DNA from: Tubulanus polymorphus | Taxonomy: Eukaryota > Animalia > Nemertea | Assembly: GCF_964204645.1 (NCBI RefSeq) | Contig: NC_134026.1 | Span: 26,818,150-26,882,149, forward strand | DNA length: 64,000 nucleotides | Direction: 5' to 3' | Shown here: piece after piece, positions 28,428 to 42,975 of the stretch | Layout: the number at the start of each line of letters is the position of its first letter | Position numbering within the stretch: the stretch's first letter is position 1 | Notes under the pieces: model-generated | The model's database searches: none | What the model was told of the DNA's origin: nothing | The model's input: the letters and a program-made list of their open reading frames with translations, nothing else | Program-made: the position numbers and the translations under genes

Positions 28428-28977
28428 CGTGCTACTGTCCAGAATCCTATTGTTTGTGTCTCAAGTTATATTTCCAGAATATAAATCAACGATGCAGATA
28501 TTCCCATCCTCTTTTCTCTTCCCGCTTGCTTGAACTAAAACCTTTTCTGCAGTAGATGATAGAGTAATCAAAAAGTATTGGTAACATTTATTTTCAAGGC
28601 TGCGTTATTTATCTGTATAGCGTTATTACTTCCTCACTTCCGCTCATGACACGTGTCAAACCTTCCCTTTTATAAGTATAAGTAATACACGTGATGATTT
28701 GCAAGATTTTCATCGGCAAAACGTGACCGGAAATTATAACCAAAATATCATTCCAACGCATATTTTCAAGGCGAACTGTAGTTTTCTGTATAATTGAGAT
28801 GTGACTTGTCTTACCCATTTCCCCTTCCTTTTGGAAGCAATTTATTAGCTCCAATTCATCCTTCAGCTTAATGGTTATGACTGAACCATATACTCGGCTA
28901 TATATTCACTGTCACGATCCAAAGAATTCACCTTTCTTGTAGTTAAAATTCTCTGCATGATTCTTATCATGAATGAC

Positions 28978-29070
28978 AATACATTCGCCAGGTTTTCATG
29001 AATTCAAAGTATGCGTATTTTTTGTCAAAATATTTTGTTAAAGTTTTTTGGAAAAATTGGCGAATGTATT
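28978..29070. repeat. Short inverted-repeat element (MITE-like)
   Basis: AATACATTCGCCA (28978-28990) and TGGCGAATGTATT (29058-29070) form a perfect 13-bp IR that extends to about 20 bp with 2 mismatches around an AT-rich spacer. Confidence 0.65.
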
Positions 29071-29624
29071 ACATACGGCAATGAAGATGTTGAAAGTGTG
29101 TTTAGCTTGAAGCGATGTACTCCAAGGTTACTCTTTGTGCATTGTCAAACTCATGCATTAGAAAGCCAGCAAATCGAACACTAAATTGGGAAATTTCTAG
29201 TAATCAGTTTGAAAACGTTTTTTGTGCAATTTTCTCTTCATTCATTCTCGATCATTCTGGTAATGTTGTGTCTTTCGGCGTGACACTTTCTATGTAAACT
29301 CTAGTATATCCTCTTTTAATATGTAAATGCCTCATCAGACACGGCAGAAGAAATCATGTTTTATTAGAAATAGAATGATGGATCATGTGTCATGAAGTTA
29401 ACACTGTGTCTGTCATCGACGAAGACTTTTATCATCTCTCCGAACGTGGACCAAACATCATTCTACTGACAATTAGAAACTCATTATTAGAAATCGTCTC
29501 AGCATTATACAAATTACACCTTTTTACACCTTATTTCTTACTTGGATTTATCCAATATGTGTAGAAAATAAAGAAAAGCTCATTTCATATCCTATTTAAG
29601 ATTCGGTGTACTTGAGGTTAACTT

Positions 29625-29702
29625 GATTTTATGAAAAATACAAGCTTTCGCTACTAGTGCATACATACTAGCTTCATCAGGTGAATGAGTAAATGAGCTA
29701 CT
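29625..29702 (-). ncRNA. Minimal hammerhead ribozyme motif in a short dispersed repeat (copy 1)
   Basis: The minus strand reads TTCAC-CTGATGA-A-GCTA-(15 nt)-TAGC-GAAA-GC-TT-GTA, with the palindrome AAGCTT at helix III as in dimer-forming Penelope hammerheads. It is homologous to 55898-55964. Confidence 0.65.
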
Positions 29703-32540
29703 CACACAAAAATGAGAAAAATTACATCAAATCATCTGATCAAATAGATAAGGACAATTCTCTATATCAGGCTCTATAACTCTATGATCCCAAAGATCCG
29801 AACCTGTTGGCTTGAAACCCTGTCTGATCAGTTTGAGTGCACGGGTAAATGCGCTGAGTCTCGCCATGCCATCAGGATCGGATCCCTGCCACGAGAAGGA
29901 TGCTAGACCTCTTCTTGTCACATGTATTTAAGACTCTTGATAACTATCAGCTTAATATTGATATGCTCTGTCAATTCATCCATTGACAGGTCTTGGAACC
30001 TGAAAAAAAGTGAAAATGGAAACAATGTGCACTTGATTATTGATTATGATTGCATGGTGGCGACAAAAATGTACAGAAATAGGAGTATTAGAGATCAGTG
30101 ATCAGTGAAATAAAACTACTGTACTGAGATCAATGACCAGAAAAATATGTGTCTGAATTTTCGGTCATCTGTCATCTGATGTGATATACACATGACTATA
30201 TCATAAACAGGAGGTAGATCACCTCCCTGGATAAACTGCATGAGTAAATATTATACTAATTCTTTAGAAATATATCAGGAAGACCTAACAAAACTTTTTC
30301 TCTTTTGCCCTTCAGTTTTGAGGGTGAGGCATATTGTATTTGGGCCTCAAGAAGGGAAAGGTAAAAAGAATTGGGAATACATTGATTTACAGTAAACTAC
30401 TAACATTGTATAAAACATCAAAACGTAGTATTTGCTTCTATGTGGCATTTGCAGTTATAATTTTAGACCTGAACGTTCATTTTTTTTCTTTGATGTTGCC
30501 ACGAATGTCAGGTTTCAAAGTGTCAACAATTGTGGCATTTATTGAAATGATTTTATTGTGTATATATGGAATTTTCTGTGAAATTCTTTTAGATCAGAGA
30601 AAATAGAGCTGGTGACGTGGCAGCACAAACAATCAATAACGTAACATCAGCACTCGCAAAACAAACGTCATTATTTTACTTTTTACGATCTTAACTGACC
30701 GATTTGAGCTGCATCTCCGAAGTCCTGTTAAAAAACTTAATTATTTGGGACCCAAAATTCAGTTAGGAGTGAGGGTTTTAAAAACGTGACCTAGATTAAA
30801 TCATTGAAAATGATTCAAACTTGATACAAACTCGTAAGTAAAAAATTTGTATCCTTCAGAAAAATTATAAACATTTTAACGACTTTACTCTCGATGCAAT
30901 AGGTCAAGACTTTCGAAGGCCACTGCCTCTTGATCATGATGTCATCATAGGACATCACTGGGGATTCCCTCTTGTCACTCTTTCAGCTGGTTCTTCAGAT
31001 ATTTCATTCGAAAATGATGAAAATACGAATGAAAAAATAGGATGTTTTGTAATAGGCTGTTTGATCTTGAAATGGGAATTTCCCTCTTATCTATTGGATT
31101 GATTGATTAATTTTTATATTATATGAATTTTGGATCCCTTACAAACCCACCACACCTGCGGCAACGAAACAAGGGCTTTGATTTAGAAAACAGAATTTGA
31201 AGTACAGATATTAGTCGGATGATCGGTCGAATTTACGTAATTTATCTTTAAACCCAAATTTTCAGTTAATAGGATGTTAATAGTAGGACACACGGTAACA
31301 CATGCTTGGATTGTTGAGGTTTTGGCTACACGTATTCATTGAATGGTTTAATGAACAAGTCATGACAACACCTTAGCTGCAACTGTGTCTAGGGCTGAAG
31401 AATCACCTCCCTACGCACACGACTGTCTTCATTAATATAATTATTCAAGCTGGTTGATCACGGGACATAATTCTGAATTAGAGCTCGGCCCTCATGGGAT
31501 GGCTTCTATTCAATAGTGTTTTTATCGGATTAGAGTGTAAAAGGTGGCCATCTGGCATAATTCTCAGTAACATCTCATTCGCTGTATTCACGGTCCTTCT
31601 TTCAATTCATGGGAACACTTTTTATGATTTAATGATTTAAGGTCTTAATTCCAGGTTTCGGTCTTTACCGGATGCCATTTTATGTGGATGTTGTTTGAAT
31701 TCCCAAGGGAAACATACGGCATTGGTTTTATAAAAAAAAGGGAATAAAATACCATAATCGAAATTCATACGTGCAATCAGATAATATTGAAGCAAAACCT
31801 TGAAAATAAACAAAAAGCCCTGAAGCAAAATCCTATAAAATCTAGGTTTATTAATATGAAACGTCAACTGTGAATTGAAATTACAGTAAATATTAGCTTT
31901 AAGTAAAATGTAAGTTAAATCTGTTAAAAGTACATTTGGAGTGAGCTAGTATATAAGTAAATTAATTGGCTGTGTTATATTCCGTGATTGGAAGTGTGGA
32001 AGTCAAAAGCAACATTTCCATAAACCTAGTGAGAATAATGAGTAATTAGTGAAGATAGATAAAGGGCATGGCCTTCAATGATACTTTCCTGTGTGTTTAA
32101 TAATGACTCTGACAGTAAAGCAGCGGGTGGGATGTCAGTTTGGCATGACATACATATATGTAATGATAGTCATTTCTAGGTGATAATTGTTCCACCTGTA
32201 AACAACTAAGGAAGGTATGAACTGACCATTTGTTCATAGAATCTTTAATTTCCTGTCGTATCCCATATATAGAGAGGACCACATCATGGCAGCTTCAGGG
32301 AGTCATGAGTTCCTTCTCCCCTTCTGAGGTGACAGGAACCAGGCATCATTGCCTACTATCCATTACTGCATACGCATCTACAATAAGCATTTATTAATCT
32401 GTTATCTTAACTTAATCCGGATCAATTCAATGCAGATTTTGATCTTATCTGGATCTGGATATGATTTACTGTAGTCAACTTATATCTTAATGTATGTTAA
32501 ATATGATGTTTAATCCAGATTTCTCATAAACCTGATTCAT

Positions 32541-32602
32541 AACATTAGTTCCAAATGATCCAGATTAATCGAACATTAGTTCCAAATGATCCAGATTAAG
32601 CG
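32541..32602. repeat. 31-bp tandem duplication
   Basis: AACATTAGTTCCAAATGATCCAGATTAA(T/G)CG occurs twice with one mismatch. Confidence 0.9.
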
Positions 32603-35600
32603 AAGGTTTACAGCTTTGATTCATTTTAATTAGTGCAAACATAAATTGATCCGATACGACTTATAGGAGCAGTCACCCTCTAGACGGCAATCATCAGTGA
32701 GATTTCTTCATTATGTGATATCAGTACCAATTTGCCACCTCTCCAGTAGTGGATTAATTTCACGGATTGAGCGTTATCTCTCGCGGTGCATGTTAGATTA
32801 CAATTGACCAGGACAGTTCTTTAATAATTCATCTCTTATACCCTAAAACCCTCATTCAATGCCGGCATGGACGCAAAAGATAAAACTTTATGCGCACAAT
32901 TTGATCATAATCTCAGTTCAACACAATTGAAGCAGTGATGCGTATCTTCCATAATACCTCGACAACTCTTGCATTGATGGGTTTTACTCTCTAGGGTAAT
33001 CGTCCAGCGCATGACTAGTGTACAGGAAAAGCTAGTCATCTCGTCAGTCATGATAAATCTGATATACATGCGGTGTCGCTATTTCGTCGCAATTGATTAA
33101 AACTACTTATTGAAATTTCACGTGATGTACTCTGGACACAACAGTTCAACATTAATGACAAATTAAGTAAATCGTTTTAATAATTTTCAGTATTCTATTC
33201 TAGAACTCAGAAGCACTTATTCATTGTTCATGTATATTTTAATATTGTAACAGAGGTGTTTTAACACCTTTTTGAAGGACATTTCATTTCTATTCCGTGC
33301 AGGCAAGAAACCGCTAGTAAGATTACTACTACAGTTATTGTCTAGTGCATCGGATTGAAGATTTTCTTTACAGTGAATTATACGCTTTGAAGCTGTGTAT
33401 CCATATGAGGTGATTTTACCTGTTATTGCATCATTTTTTCAAAGTCGCTCTGAGCGTTCTGGCCTGAAGCAGTGAATCGTTAGAATCATTCATTATTTGT
33501 TTTGTGGAAAACATCATTCTATGTGTTAGATATGGTGTCAGATTCTTTTAAAAATCATATGTATTCGGACAAAGATCTTTGTATGAAAGATCAAAAACAG
33601 ATTACGAAACATCCTCATGATAGACAAAGATAATGTGTATGGTTGTGTAAAAGTTAGTTCCTTTAGCCTGTATAATTTTTAATGATCGTGGCTCAGCTGT
33701 ACGAATTCATGTCATATTTTATTTTTTGTTTCAATGATTGCCTCGGGTGTGGGGACGGTTTTTACCATTATACTATTGAATGATAGATTGTGTTAATCAA
33801 TGTGTATCCGTAATGCTAAATCATTTGATATACATACGCCATTTCATATCCAAAGTTTTACTGATGGAATACCTTGAGGCTTTATCAGAATCAGTATTAT
33901 GTTATGTTTTAAGTCTGCAGGCTACACATTTGTAACTCACAGTATCAACACGACTCACATTGTCATCATTTCTGCTATTTAATTTGATATTACATAGCTT
34001 CTACTGATAATTTGAAATGTCCTGGAGCAGAGTTTGGCTACCGCTGAGATGCACATTTCCATAAGTTTTTTATGTAGCTCGGTACCCATCAATGGAAGAA
34101 TGTATGTATCCTGAGGGGTAGACTAACTACTATAGGATACCTGTTTTATTTTAGCCCAGTTTTATCATCATTCCCATCATTTGATGACCTCACTTGCCAT
34201 AATGGCCATTCAAACGTTAAAAATCATCTGATCGATGTTACTGCGAATTGAAATAAAGCAAAATTTCTTTTTTAATCTAATTTATCTGTATTCATGTATA
34301 TCTAAGGAATCACATCACAGTAATGGTAATATGAAGGTTTTTAAGAACTTCATTGTAGTACAACACATAATCACCTGAGCTGTTAAAAAAGATAAAAGCT
34401 ACGTATATAATATCATTTTGTTGTGATTTGAGTTACTGAAAAAGTTTTAATGCTCAGGGGCTTTTTGCCTGAGCACCGTAGAAAGCTATCTGCTGTGCCC
34501 CTAGCTATACGATTATATAGGGCTTTTTTTTACAAAGAATCTGCGCATATTTTGGCACAACATTAACTTCTACCATTTTAATGCGTTCTTAATATCTGAC
34601 ATATTTGCTGACATTTTCTCTTCTCCATCATTGATAGTTTTTCGCATTGTTCATCGCATATCATCATTTCTAAAATTTAATGACAATAAATGTGAGATGA
34701 AATTAGAATTAGCGAAATGGAATTAGGTGAACCTTGATTTTAGGGATCTTTGGTAATTTAATTTAAGTAGGTTGTTGTTGAACTTACATTTTATGGCAGG
34801 AGCTTGCCCTATGACACTTTTCCTTTTATTGATGTAAACGCTATAAATATTCCGACTAATGTCGTATAGTGGAATTTTTTTAACATTTCCATGCGTCAAT
34901 AGTAAAATTCTAAATATAAATGTTCCGATAGGAAGCTTATTTATAGATTGCACGTATGAAGATCTAAAAATATAAAAGGATTTTTCTGTAATGTTATAGG
35001 AATCCGCCCATTGATGATAAAAATATTGAGCAATTAAGCATTGTATATCTGCGATATATGGTTTCAGTAGCAAAGGGCGGATACTACAGTATTTTCAAGT
35101 GTGTTTATTTTCATGTTGTACGTTTTTAAAAATCTCACCCAGGAGAAATAACACATTTTTCATGGATATAATATATTAGAAATGGTATATAATTACTATG
35201 CCTACAGTATTTTTTGACTTATGCTGATGGATCCATATTCTCAATATTCTGATGATTCCAACCATGAAAGCCAGCTGGAATATTACTGATTGTCTCTGTT
35301 TTGCTATGAGATTATAAAGTTATGAAACAATTGACCCAACACACCTGTTACTTATGGTATTGAAAAAGTATAAATGCGTTTCAGATGTGATAATCCTCTT
35401 AGAGATTATTATCAGAAGTTTTGTACAACAGCTTGCACCCAAGCTATTCAGACAGTTTTATGATTAATCATACTTAACCTAAAATGATTTTGTATTGTCT
35501 GGTCATTTGTAGTGGATGTTACGCTTGATCAAGCATTTCCAAGTATTTTCTGTCTGACAAAATGAATGAAATCTGTAATTAGTTATTCTTAGCTAATGTA

Positions 35601-37471
35601 TTCAAATAATTGTTGATAATGCAATGCTCTCAGGTTAAGTCTCTGTCAGGATTGTAGAAAAAATCCCACCAATAATGGAAAAATGGCAATAATGATTTTT
35701 TTCATCAATTTAAGATGAACAAATGATGGTGATAAAATGCTTCAGACTTCTCCATCAGATACTCTACACACTCAAATATATCTAACTACCAATTATGAAT
35801 TTCATTTTAACTTTGAATGAACATTATATTATTATTATCTTTTTAGAAATTTTCATCGTAATTTGGTAATATTTTTTCAAGTTGAGTGAACTCTTGATCC
35901 ATGGTCAAACTATGTCCAATGTATGCAGAATTTCCAACTGATTCCATTCAAATCTTGTTATATGCCACAAAATTCAAAGTTGATATTTCGTTTCATACGA
36001 TTTTAATCTGCATTACAGGGAAATATACGTGTTCTAACTGAAACTGAGTCGGGGCCATTAGGAAAATATCAGGTTTCACTGTATTTGATGAGACAAAATT
36101 GCGTGTGTTATCGAGGCACGTGTTCATCACCAGGGGAATCACTGGACTTATATTCCTCTGCCTCATTACATATAATAGTGTTAATCATGTTTGTGCAACT
36201 GTCAATAGACTTGTCATTTTCTTCTGGTGTAATTTGTACGTGAATTGTATAGTATTAATTTTCAGTTGCTGTAGTTTTAGTGCATTATTATGTGGTTCCT
36301 AGCGGGGGGCCCTACATACCCTAACCACGCAAGAGACCAGCCTGCCCTAACTGACAGGCATCTGTGGCTATATTTGATATCGACAGAATCTTCTGATTTC
36401 TGAATTGTCTACTCATTGAGATGAATGACATTGGAAATGAGTGTTTCAAAAAGTACTCGGAAATTACACATTCATATTTCTTCGAAGGGTCCATTGGTAA
36501 TTTTTTCATTATAATGCAGGCATTCATAGAATTATGAGATAAACCATGTTTTTCATGAATCACTAGAAAATTGAAGATTATCAGTAAATGAATATTTCAT
36601 GCAGAAAGGCAAATAACTGAAACTTGTATAGTGTGGAAATTCAATAAAGCTTGTCATATTGCCGATTGTGTCTGGATATTTGTTCATATTGCTGCTCAAA
36701 CTAATAATGTTCAAGATTTAATTAGTAAAAAAGAAAGTAGCTGGCACCGTGGAATGCGTGTGCTATGAGCACTGACCCGGGATTATGTCACCCGCCTTCC
36801 AGTTGCCGATTTAATCAGCTTTCATCCCCCTAAAACTAACAATTCAGCTCTTTCATCTGCCTGAGTCGCTTCGGGCTATTTTTTATCTCTGAACGGGATA
36901 ATGCCGGTGTCTTGGCTTACAGAATGATGCGCCGCGCTCGGTCACAGAATTTTTTCTGCCGCTGAAATAATTAAAGAAGCTGTACTACGTCCTTCGTATT
37001 GTTTGCAAACGATCAAATTGTACCAATTACAGAATGCCTTTGAGACAGCTTAATGCTTTTTCAGGGTGCTGCTGCCACTTCAAAGTATGTCGCGGTGGTA
37101 AGAACTTTCAAGTATGACGATTAAATTATTTAATAAGGTTTCGGGGATTTTGGTTTTGTATATTCCCACAAAAGGCATAATTTGTTGTGCCTTATGAAAC
37201 TTTCTCTCAAGTACAGCAAAAGTTCAATGAGGTGGTTTCCTTCTTGCTTGGTTAGCACCACTTTTAACCTGAGTGTGAATGTTATTATCAACATGTACAC
37301 TATTATAATGTTCACACTTATTCTGCTAATTTAGTGTTAAATATGTGACAGGCCTTAACAACTATATAGTGGAATAGCCACACTCCTGGACCTGGTCAAT
37401 AGATAATACAGTTAGACACCCATTGCATACAAATTTATGATTAAAACAAAAATCCTTATTCCAAATGATAC

Positions 37472-37503
37472 AACATTTCGGTCTCATTAGAGACCACCTT
37501 TAG
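37472..37503 (-). ncRNA. Decayed minimal hammerhead motif (Penelope type)
   Basis: The minus strand reads CTAAAGG-T-GGTCTC-TAAT-GAGACC-GAAA-TGTT. Helix II is a perfect 6 bp, GAAA is present, and AATGTT is AACGTT after CpG decay. The core carries G5>A and A9>G, so it is likely inactive. Confidence 0.45.
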
Positions 37504-40500
37504 ATGTGACAACCCAATTAAGTTCTATTAGGATACCGGTATATGCCTTACTAGTGATGGGACTCAATAACCCTACAACAAACATTTGTTTTGTTCCACC
37601 CCGCACGATCTCTACATGTTGAGCCAAACCATCTTGGGTTCAATAATCAAATATTCATTTTTCAAAAATTTTCACTTTTGATAGAAACTTTTGATTATAC
37701 TATCCTTAAGTGGGAAACAAAGTTTTGTCTGAGGATTTTGTTTGATTCATGGCTTAAACTGGCAGAAAAACATTACATGAATAATGAACTAAACATGAAT
37801 TATGTGACAAAGACATATTTTTTATATGTTAAAGTTCAAAACAACAGTTTTAGCCTCTAATGGACGAATTCAGCTTAACGCTTAATGAATCCAGTTATTG
37901 TCCAAATGAGATAAGGGCCAAGACACTTTGATCAAATCTATGTCCATTATGAATCTCCAAGGATTATTAAATGAAACATCATTCACAATCGTCACCTCGT
38001 CTAGCAATGGGTGACATGGTGCGCATTTTAAGATACAGCATGCGAGACGCTCGCGATGTAATTTGATGGCACTCGGAGTCATGTTAATGCGTGCCCTGCG
38101 GATACTTGCAGCGAGTAATTATGACAGATAAAACCAGAAGGTAGATCCTGAAGATCTAAACCTCATGGGTTTTGCCATAAACTTCTCTCGATGAGCTCTG
38201 GTTTGTCAGTATCATTAATAAACACGGGCAACATTGAAAAACTGTCGTAATTTTCAGCCATGTGAGTCCGTGAATAAAAGCCATTATCATCGGCACAAAA
38301 TGCCCATCATCTGAGATGTGCATCATAAACCTAGCCAGACATAAGTAGATTACTAGCTAATAGTTGCGCGCTGACTGATTTAGAAAGAATATAATTGTGC
38401 ACACTGCACACCGATTTATAATTTTTCCATCTAAGTTGTCCAAGCGGGAGTGATTATTTCAGTCACAGATGACTATACGAGCGCGACACTATCAAGATAA
38501 ATATTGTCAGAGGAGGTGATTATACTGAAAGTTGAGTCAAGTTTGGTCGCTACGATCATCTGATTGAGGTGAAACACTGATTCCAAACATTCATCATGCG
38601 TAATCCGTTGATTGTGCCATTTTTCTCATGTAAATGATCTGAGCGACTGAAGTGTCACATTAAGTACTGACAGCTAACTGGACTACCCCTATGCCGTTAA
38701 TTAGATTAATAATGACTTGATGACTAATTAATTGCTAATGTGGTAGACATTTTTACCAATTATCATAGAACAATGCTGGATGCACGTACATGTGCCACTA
38801 AATAAGCCAAAATGTATCGTTTCTATTATGATGTTTCTGATTCAAGTTTAAATAGTTCCATCTTCATCAGCAAGACTCAATTGTGTCCGGACTGATGGCT
38901 ATCCAAGCTGATGGCATGTGGCAGAATTAACATATAATTTTGAGCTTGTGTGTTTGTTTGAGGCCAGAATTCATAGTTGGTGTCATCAGTGGACGCAAAT
39001 ATGGGAACCATGTATTGAACTGGACAAATGACAATTCATTTCTGGTCACTGGTTTGGGATTGTCAGTCTGATGCACAGTACTCAGTCAAGTGTACTGATA
39101 GCCAATGGCCATGATTAAGATAGCAGTCTGCAGAATCCTAAAGTAAATTGAATGTAATCACTATTTTGGTCTGCCAGATTTGCCACTTTTGCTTTAGGCT
39201 TTGCGTGCTAAAGAAAGAAGTAAGTAAACTGGCTGACCACTGTAGATGGGATTCTGGACAGGTGTGTTTGCTAATAATTCACGCTCCAAACTGTCAAAGA
39301 TTCTAAGTTTGAAGAAATCTTGATTGTTGAAATGGGCGTAAATCCTAATAAACCTGATCAGACTTTGGTGATGCACTTGATAGAATTAGTTCCATGCAGC
39401 ATGCTGCTTTGTAATTAAATACTAGATAATCAAAGCAAATTATGTGTATTTCTGTCTCTATATTCGTTGTACTCTCAACCTCTTACTGCCTATTTACTTA
39501 TGCCATTCAGTACCATTTGTCCAATTGGTAAGTGTTTAGTTAAGAACCTGTTAACTTTCATAGCAACCATCTGCCTATGGGTTACAATTTCAGGATTGTC
39601 TTTAGATAAGCCCGCATTTAAATCATCCGGAGCCATCTGGTTCCTGTATCAAAATTATTCCACATTATTAAATCAATCTTGATTTTTTTCTTTGTTTGGA
39701 AATTGAATGCTTCATAGCCAGTGTTAGAATATAGAAGTTGAAGAATAATTATCTTACATTATGAATTGATTAGAATCCAAGACCAAGCCTAGTAGTCACT
39801 TTCCTACTTTCTCTTAATCTTACTTATGAGTTCAGTATAATATTACAGCTGCCGCAATATATAAAATCTAGTGTTAACAAGATTGAAAATGGCAATTAAA
39901 ATAGTAGTTCTCATCTTGAAATTCTTTTTCCACTGCTTGTAAATGTTTTTCATCTCAAGATTCTCATCATATTTATCTAATACTTATGTGAATAAAAATG
40001 CTTTTACTTTATCATAATCTGCAACATCAGGGACCAGCATTCTGTCTGGCTAATGTAATATGGAATGGATTGACTGATGAAAGGTTTCTGTTAATTCAGG
40101 GACTTAAGCCTGTTTTGTCACGAAATAGCATTTCTCGTGAATGAAATGGCACAATATAAACCGGGCCCTGCCCTTCAGTCATTATTTAACTCCATAATCC
40201 GCATTTAATTACATATTGACAATGCCGTATAGAGATGATGCCAACTTCCGGAATCTTATCATCTGTTGTCTCATCGATCAGTTGATCTACAATAAACCTC
40301 TCCGATCGATCCTCACGCGATTCAATGGGTGCTCAGCGTCTTTATATAATTGCTCGTCTCTTGGCGGTGAACAGTCTCATTTCTGACTTACGCCAAACTT
40401 TTGACAATAGCCATCGATCTTCGGCCGTGCACCTGCATTGTATACGCTGGTTTATAGATTCAGCGTTGTGCTATTCAGCGTGCGCACGCGGGTGTCGCCT

Positions 40501-42871
40501 GCGCACTTAAATGGATTCTTTAATATTTCTGTGAATGATTAGCAGCGCAGTAAATACTATCGGATCAAAGGCAAGCTATTAGGCGAAATAAAATGTATTG
40601 ATTCCTGAAAGACTTTGGTTATTAAATTCACCGTGAAAACGCATCTGCTTCGATGCGATATAATAACTGCAGCACCGTGTCAGATACTAATTTTACCAGT
40701 TAGTCCGGTGAAGTTATATGACATTTTTGGCTTCATTAAACAAGTGACAATAGTACGAGAGAGGTAGATTCCATATGATAGGTTATTGGTATATTATAGT
40801 TAGATAAACAGAAGCTGAAACTTCAAAGGACATTCAGATTTCAACTTTTTTCATCTTCATGCAGATCTAAGAGCAAACTAAATGCCACTATAAATTTGAC
40901 TGTCAAGCACAGATATTTAGTTAATGTTTCATTGCGCTATTGGTATAATTGTGGTATTATTCTGGCATCTAACGAAAACTAAACAACTTTGAAAAAACAG
41001 CATCAGTTGCTCAAAGACCATCTAAATTTAAATTTAACAGAATTAAAATCACAGGGGGATTTGTGGTTACAATTGGCATAGAGGTGAAAAATAGGTCAAT
41101 GAATTAAACCCACCAGTCTAGCTATTCATATGGTGATATTTGGATGGGGGCAGAGCCATCTGCATTCAGTCGAGGAGACCAATTCTATTGAAAATTGTAC
41201 TTGGCAACACGATGCCCGGAGCACAATAATTAAGGGAGGAAATGGAGGGCAGATGTGACAAAATACAGTGAAACATGTATAGAATCTTCATGTGAAAAAT
41301 TGAGCATTAGCAAATTTAGCTTTGGAGATCCTTAAGATCATGAAAACTATCAACCTTGAACTAATGGGCTCAGCCTTGAAGAATTATGTAGATTTTTATG
41401 TTTTAACTTTCTAGGTTTGTCTTATTCTTTAAGTACAATACAATTGAAGGTTTTGAACCGAGTATTTAATCTGTCATCGAATTATTTTATGTCATTGATT
41501 TCTTCCAACTGCGTTGCTTCAACTTATTCAACTTTTTTTGTACATTAGAAAAGTCTTATAGTGCATTCAGATGTGGTATAATCAGATACATTTGGCTCAT
41601 TTGCATTTCTGAAGGCACATATGTAAAGAATTCTATCTTTTAGAATGATATTGCTCAATCTATTCAACTTGGTGAAACTTGCCTTCTATTCAATCAAATG
41701 ATTCAACTACCTTATATTCACACATTCTCTTTAAGCCAAATTCGAGTAGTCTGGGGTACAGTGGTCATTTCCTTTTCATGGATTATTTCATGAGACCCTT
41801 AGGCGGTAGATATACAGCATAGCATCTGAGCTCATTAGAGGACCTTGTAGGGTGTTTATTAACATAGAATTCCGGATATTTACACGGACTAGATTGATTT
41901 TAGCTTAGTTTTAGCCCAAGGATGTCATAATGACCTAGTTTCAAAATTTGCTGCTGTATTCTAATCAAGAAAGAGAATTTTGTGCAATTCGTTTGCCCTT
42001 AGGACAAGTGCATTTGTACCTTCTGTTTTCCTTGGAGTTTGGCATAATCTGTTCACACCCTCCTATGATGCCACCAAAAGCCAGCGGCGTATTTTTCAAT
42101 GTATTATGTATTTTCTGTAATGTGAACTGTGTCACCAATAGAAAGTGAGTTTCTTTCTATGTTGAGCTAATCAAGAAAAAATTGTTGATTTTTATACCAT
42201 CAAATATCATGGAATAGCAGAATAAAGTGATTTATAGCTGCAGTCACATGAGCGCTTTCGCCATGGACCAGATTTGGTCCCGGTCAACCTGCGCACTTGT
42301 GTTAGATGTATCCGTGCCTGTTTGACACGGGCAAGAATCGAACCAGACCAGTGCTTGATTTTAGAACAGGTCAAATTATTCCTTGTGAGTGATAACTGGT
42401 CCTGAAAATGACTTAAAGGTTAAAGCAGTGCCAAATATCTTAGGTGGTGTGTTAAGATATAAGCATTAATTGGGCCCCACCCGAAATATCACAGCTGCCC
42501 CTCTAAAAGCGGACAGCTGATTCCTTAGGTTTTGTTTCCTATAATACATTCACAAAATGAAGCCTCTTATTATTCCGTATCATTCTATAGGATCTATTGA
42601 TAGGAGGTATTCTTTAGAAACGTATTTGGAAGCGTGCTGGCTCATGGCTAAACATTTAAGTATTCGTCTATTGTACTTCTTGGCACACTTCTGGCACATT
42701 CCCTTACATGGCGTTTTTAATTACATCTTTCTTCCTGGTCCTTGTATGGACTAGGATATAGCATCCTTTAATAGCATACCAATGCTTGGGCAGATGTTTT
42801 CGTAGAGTTTGTGAGATTTCAAAATCAGCCTATCAAACATCAGCTTCATATAACCTATTTTCTTGATACAG

Positions 42872-42975
42872 GTGTTGGAAGTTTGGGTCAAGGGTCATTT
42901 TTGGCAATTCAAGCATGGCAGCACGCGCGCATTACAATTGCATATTGTTCAGACCCTCTTAGTATTAAACTTTGA
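42872..42975 (+). CDS. Candidate terminal coding exon of an unidentified upstream gene
   Basis: Acceptor ctattttcttgatacAG at 42870-42871. The phase-1 frame reads (G)VGSLGQGSFLAIQAWQHARITIAYCSDPLSIKL*; the phase-0 frame is also open for 44 codons to 43006. About 540 nt of U-rich UTR-like sequence and TGTA-AATAAA follow. The protein family was not recognised. Confidence 0.4.
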
